Shown here in pieces: positions 58,786 through 64,000 of a stretch of 64,000 nt of DNA. The notes under the pieces were generated by a model that did no database searches, was not told the origin of the DNA, and saw only the letters and a list, made by a program, of their open reading frames with translations. The DNA comes from an uncultured Acidobacteriota bacterium (GTDB lineage Bacteria > Acidobacteriota > Vicinamibacteria > Fen-336): NCBI GenBank assembly GCA_963720545.1, contig OY970399.1, positions 3,968,001 to 4,032,000 of the forward strand, in the 5' to 3' direction. Position 1 is the first letter of the stretch. Each line of letters opens with the position of its first letter. A program made the position numbers and the translations under genes.

Positions 58786-60239
58786 CGCGGAGGCGCTTGA
58801 GAAGACACGCCGGACTCGCAGCGGCGGCAGCCGCACTCCTCGCGTGCTCGGGCTGCCCGGGCAGCGGCAGGCAGCCGGCCGCGGAACAGAGCGCAAAGGC
58901 ACAGCCGCGCGGCGGCAGCGCCTTCAATGTCCTGCTCATCACCATCGACACCCTGCGCGCCGACCATCTCGGTGCCTACGGCTACGGCCGCGCCACGAGC
59001 CCGGCGATCGACGCCCTGGCCGCACGCGGCACGCTGTTCGAGAACGCTTTCACGCACTGGCCGAAGACCCGCGGCAGCCTCGCGATCATGCTCACCGGCC
59101 GGCGCCCTTCGCAAAACGGCTACAGCAAGAGTCATCCCGGCGTCGCCGGCTTCAACGCCACGATCGCGAGCATCCTGGCCGCGGCCGGCTACGATACAGC
59201 GGCCGTCGTGGACAACCCGAACGTCGCGCGCGAACACGGCTACGCCAAGGGTTTCGCGAACTACACGCAGACCTGGGACGACGCTGCGCTCACCAGCGAG
59301 TGGGCGCGCACCCGCGCCATCACCGACGGCGCGCTGCGCTACCTGCAATCCCCGCGCGAGCGGCCTTTCTTCCTCTGGCTGCACTACGTGAACCCGCATG
59401 CTCCGTACACCCCGCCGTCGCCGTTCAACAGCCGCTTCGCGGATGCGGCCGCCGCCGCCGGTCCGGCGCTGCCGGTGGTCGCGAGTTTCCACGGCGGCAT
59501 CCCGCGCCAGTGGGCACAGCCGGGCCAGAACCGGCTCGGCTACTACGTGGCGCAGTACGACGGCGAAATTGCTGCGGTCGATTCGGAGATCGGCCGGCTG
59601 CTCGCGGCGCTGCACGCTTCGGGCGGCGAGGCGCACACGGTGGTGCTGCTCACGTCCGACCATGGCGAGAGCCTTGGCGAGCACGGCTACTACTTCGACC
59701 ACGGCGAGGACCTGTTCCAGCCCTCGCTGCGCATCCCGCTGATCGTCGCCGGGCCGGGCGTGCCCGCCGCGCAGCGCTCGCAGGCGTTCGTCTCGACGCT
59801 CGACGTCATGCCGACGCTGCTCGACGCGGTCAAGGTGTCGTATCCGCCCGAACTCGGCGGGCAGAGTGCGCTGCCGTGGGTCGCGAGCCTGGCCGGTGCG
59901 CGCACCCGGCTCTTCGCCGGCAACGACCGCAACCTGAGCGCCACCTGGACCGCCGCGCACAAGCTGGTCCTGACTCCCGGCGACGCACGCCCGGCGTTTG
60001 CCCTCTACGACCTCGTGCGCGACCCCGCAGAAGGGCGCGACCTTGCGAGTTCGCGCAACCCGGGCACCGCCGGGACCCTGCGCGCCGAACGCCGCGAGCT
60101 CGAGCTGTTCCTCGAGCGCACGGGCCGCGAGTGGAGCCGCACGCGGCCGCAGCTGGGTGCGAAGAGCAACGTCAAGCTGGGCCCCGAAGCCTGCGAAAAG
60201 CTGCGCGCGCTCGGCTACGTCGTTGCCGAGTGTGAGTGA
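58782..60239 (+). CDS. Sulfatase-like hydrolase/transferase, probable lipoprotein
   Basis: LLACSGC; NVLLITIDTLRAD, HYVNPHAPY, YDGEI, TSDHGE, LYDL..DP.E, LRALGY; Thr at the formylglycine position. Confidence 0.87.
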   Translation: MTRRRLRRHAGLAAAAAALLACSGCPGSGRQPAAEQSAKAQPRGGSAFNVLLITIDTLRADHLGAYGYGRATSPAIDALAARGTLFENAFTHWPKTRGSLAIMLTGRRPSQNGYSKSHPGVAGFNATIASILAAAGYDTAAVVDNPNVAREHGYAKGFANYTQTWDDAALTSEWARTRAITDGALRYLQSPRERPFFLWLHYVNPHAPYTPPSPFNSRFADAAAAAGPALPVVASFHGGIPRQWAQPGQNRLGYYVAQYDGEIAAVDSEIGRLLAALHASGGEAHTVVLLTSDHGESLGEHGYYFDHGEDLFQPSLRIPLIVAGPGVPAAQRSQAFVSTLDVMPTLLDAVKVSYPPELGGQSALPWVASLAGARTRLFAGNDRNLSATWTAAHKLVLTPGDARPAFALYDLVRDPAEGRDLASSRNPGTAGTLRAERRELELFLERTGREWSRTRPQLGAKSNVKLGPEACEKLRALGYVVAECE

Positions 60240-60245
60240 CCGGGG

Positions 60246-61826
60246 CTACTTCACGCCCATGCAGGTGGCACAGACGTCGAGCAGCGTGCCCGCCAGCATG
60301 TCCTGGCGCCGCTCCTTGAGCACGTCGCTCTTCCATACGCGCTCGAGCGACTGGGCGAAGACGTTCGCGGTCTTGGTGCGCCCCTCGTAGTCGGTGCAGC
60401 AGGTCGTGACGTCGCCGTTCCACTGCACCACCAGCTGGTCGTAGGGCGCCGGGCAGTACGTGTCCTTCACCTCGTGAACCTCGTGCGCGCCCACCACGTT
60501 GCCCCACGAGTGGCAGCGCTTCCACACCAGGTGCACGCCGTCGAGCAGCGTGTAGCGGCTGCCGTTCTCGTCGGTGTCGAGGAATGAAGCACCGCGGATC
60601 CTGTCCCAGTCGTGTTGGCGCGGCGCTAGGCCGTAGCGCTTCTCGAGCTGCTGGCAGAACAGGATCCAGTCGGTGACGAAGTGCAGCGCCTGCTGGTCCT
60701 CGCTCACGATCTGGTAGCCGTCGAAGTGCTTGGTGTTCATGATGTCGATCTCGATGTTGGTGCGGCCGCCCAGCGCCACCTTGCGCTCGACGGCGAGGCG
60801 CACCTTGTCGCGATAGTCGTCGAACGCGATCTTCGGCGCCTTGCGGGTCTTGAACGAGGTGTCGTCCGGCGTCTGGTACGAAAGGATCATGTTGGTGAGG
60901 CCGGCCTGGTAGAGCGCGTCCACCCGCTCCTGGGTGATCAGGCCACAGTTGGTGTTGAGCTCGATCGGCACGCCCTGGCTCTCGGCGCGCGCCACGATCT
61001 CGGGCAGGTCGGGGTGCAGCATCGGCTCGCCCATCTGGTGGAGCTTCACCGGATAGATGGGCCCGAGCCAGCCGCGCTTCTGCGCGACCTCATCGATCAG
61101 GCGGAACACCTTCTGCTTCTTCATGAAGCCGCGCCGCCGGCCCATGATTTCGTCGGGGCACCAGGTGCACTTGAAGTTGCAGGCGTTGGTGATCTCGATG
61201 AACAGGTAGTTGATGGGGTAGAAGCGACCCGGCAGCTTCTTCAGCTCGGGGAGTGGCGCCGTCGCGGGAAACACCGCAAGGTCGGGATGCGGACCGGTGC
61301 CCGCGCGCAGCGACGCAACCAGCAGCTCCTGCCGGAACTCGAGGCGGAACGAGGCGCCGAGGTTCTGGGTGCGCGCGGCGTCGAAGTCGCGCAGCAGGAA
61401 GAGCGCCTTGCGAAACATCCGCAGCCCGGTGGCGTCGGGGTTGTAGAGCTGTTCGGCGCTCTTGTAGAGCCCGCCGAATTCCGCGCTCAGGTCCTGCGAG
61501 GCGTACTGCAGGCGGAATTCGCCGAAGCGCGCGCCAAAGTATTCGACCTCGACCCACAAGCCGCCGCCGCCCTGGTTTTCGAAGGCGCGCGCCAGCGCTT
61601 CGGCCGGCAGCACGAAGTAGACGTAGTGTGACTTGTCGTCGGGACCGAGGCATTGCCGGCCTTGGACCGCCGTCACTTGCCAGCAGCCGTCGCCGCCGCT
61701 CGGCACCGCGATGTCGCCTTGCGGCCCCTGCGGACCAACGGTGATGCTGAAGGCGCGCGGTGCCTGAGGCTCCACCAGCCGGCCGAGGGATCGCCGCAAA
61801 GCGCCAAGCGACAGGCGGCCGCTCAC
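60246..61826 (-). CDS. Radical SAM enzyme with SPASM/Twitch-type C-terminus and ~200 aa N-terminal extra domain
   Basis: EITNACNFKCTWC, GEPMLHP, LNTN, CPAPY...WNGDVTTCC...CATC; GTG start overlaps the upstream stop. Confidence 0.9.
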   Translation of the reverse strand: MSGRLSLGALRRSLGRLVEPQAPRAFSITVGPQGPQGDIAVPSGGDGCWQVTAVQGRQCLGPDDKSHYVYFVLPAEALARAFENQGGGGLWVEVEYFGARFGEFRLQYASQDLSAEFGGLYKSAEQLYNPDATGLRMFRKALFLLRDFDAARTQNLGASFRLEFRQELLVASLRAGTGPHPDLAVFPATAPLPELKKLPGRFYPINYLFIEITNACNFKCTWCPDEIMGRRRGFMKKQKVFRLIDEVAQKRGWLGPIYPVKLHQMGEPMLHPDLPEIVARAESQGVPIELNTNCGLITQERVDALYQAGLTNMILSYQTPDDTSFKTRKAPKIAFDDYRDKVRLAVERKVALGGRTNIEIDIMNTKHFDGYQIVSEDQQALHFVTDWILFCQQLEKRYGLAPRQHDWDRIRGASFLDTDENGSRYTLLDGVHLVWKRCHSWGNVVGAHEVHEVKDTYCPAPYDQLVVQWNGDVTTCCTDYEGRTKTANVFAQSLERVWKSDVLKERRQDMLAGTLLDVCATCMGVK

Positions 61827-62785
61827 CAGCCCACCTCGGCGCCGACGCGCAGCGACGACGCGATGATGTCGCACCAACGGTCCATGCGGCTCCACTGCTC
61901 CTCTTCGGCCTCGCAGGTGAGGGAGTATCCCTTGCCCGCGGCCACTCGATAGTACCGCTTGATCCGCGATTCGGAGACTTGTGTTTCAGTGCGCATCAGG
62001 TCGGCCCAGCCGCCATTCCAGGCGGTGTGCGACAGGACCGGAAACGAGTCGCCGAGGGAGGCGCGCACCGAGTTGTAATACGCCTCGAGACTGCCGTCGC
62101 CTGGGCCTGGCTGAACGGCCAGGGTCAGGGAGGCGTGGCCGGTGTTGCCTTTCGCGTCGGCTGCGATCGCCGGGCTCTGCCACTGGCCGAGATAGCTGTC
62201 GCCGCGCGACAGGGTGCGCTGGCTGCGCCAGGAAGGCGGCACCCGCAGCGCGAAGGCAAAGGCGGCGTTCTTCACCTCCGGGTAAAGGACCGCGCGCTCC
62301 AGGGTGACGCTCGCGGCCATCGCTTCGAGCGTCGTGCGGTGGGTGTCGAAGGCGGCGCCAAGGCCCTGCGCATGGAAGCCGAAGATCCCGGGCGCCGGGC
62401 CATCGCCTGCGGACGCCGCGAGCAGCAGCAGGTGGCGGGTTCCGCCGGCCGTCTCGAAGCGGTAGCTGCGGCCGCGCAAACCCGGACGCTCGTCGCCGCG
62501 CGCGTCGAGCCCCGTGCCGCCGGCGCCGAAGGTCCGCGCGTACGCGTCGAGATCGGACGTGGGCGGCGCCACCAGCAACGTTGCCGAAACGGAAGCGGCA
62601 CCGGCACCGGCGTCGTCCGCGGCCGGCGTGAAAGTGCGGAACCAGACGCCGTCCTTCTCCTGCTGCTGCGAACGCCAGCCCGCCGGATACTGCATGCTCA
62701 ATGCGTGCGCGTTGCTGAAGTAGGTGATCATGGGCACGGCACCGCCGCCGCAGGCCGCGAAGGCGCAGAGGGCGGCGCCCAGCAC
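61823..62785 (-). CDS. Lipoprotein with two repeats resembling PsbP/Mog1-like domains
   Basis: Lipobox FAAC; LSMQYPAGW...MAASVTL and FALRVPPSW...IASSLRV; start uncertain. Confidence 0.6.
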   Translation of the reverse strand: MLGAALCAFAACGGGAVPMITYFSNAHALSMQYPAGWRSQQQEKDGVWFRTFTPAADDAGAGAASVSATLLVAPPTSDLDAYARTFGAGGTGLDARGDERPGLRGRSYRFETAGGTRHLLLLAASAGDGPAPGIFGFHAQGLGAAFDTHRTTLEAMAASVTLERAVLYPEVKNAAFAFALRVPPSWRSQRTLSRGDSYLGQWQSPAIAADAKGNTGHASLTLAVQPGPGDGSLEAYYNSVRASLGDSFPVLSHTAWNGGWADLMRTETQVSESRIKRYYRVAAGKGYSLTCEAEEEQWSRMDRWCDIIASSLRVGAEVGW

Positions 62786-62804
62786 CAGCGCCGCAGCGAA
62801 GCGG

Positions 62805-64000
<1,196 letters not shown>

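Noticed and set aside
60246..61826. Radical SAM as a canonical anaerobic sulfatase maturase or RiPP maturase
   Set aside because: Too few C-terminal Cys for the two-cluster anSME SPASM pattern; neighbouring sulfatase-like proteins lack C/SxPxR; no precursor peptide or RRE domain seen

Overview
High-GC bacterial chromosomal window, mostly housekeeping. Gene content and protein styles suggest Acidobacteriota, but that is inference only. It holds about 60 CDS, most on the + strand: hisS-aspS, phoH-ybeY-CorC-era, radC, metG, tatD-yajQ-polyprenyl synthase-ligA-degP-NtrC-type regulator, rpsA-ihfB-HIT-dapF, recO-glyQ-glyS-ppdK-corA-mutL, uppP-nnr-tsaE, and a truncated guaB. It also carries the RNase P RNA (rnpB). 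I found no transposase, integrase, phage gene, tRNA, rRNA or CRISPR array. The first ~3.1 kb (hisS, aspS) and ybeY are frameshifted, most likely from sequencing or consensus errors. Best leads: (1) a membrane-anchored winged-helix one-component regulator followed by a cre-tag-like triple direct repeat in front of yjbQ-creD; (2) a DapF with both catalytic Cys replaced by Ser; (3) two Thr-type sulfatase-like proteins sharing a Cys-bracketed C-terminal tail, one facing a radical SAM enzyme with an extra N-terminal domain; (4) sigma-54 promoters before comEA and a DUF6600-like gene; (5) an internally deleted phytase-like gene divergent from alkaline phosphatase across a Pho-box-like array; (6) many apparently leaderless genes. 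All family calls come from motif recognition by eye, not database searches.
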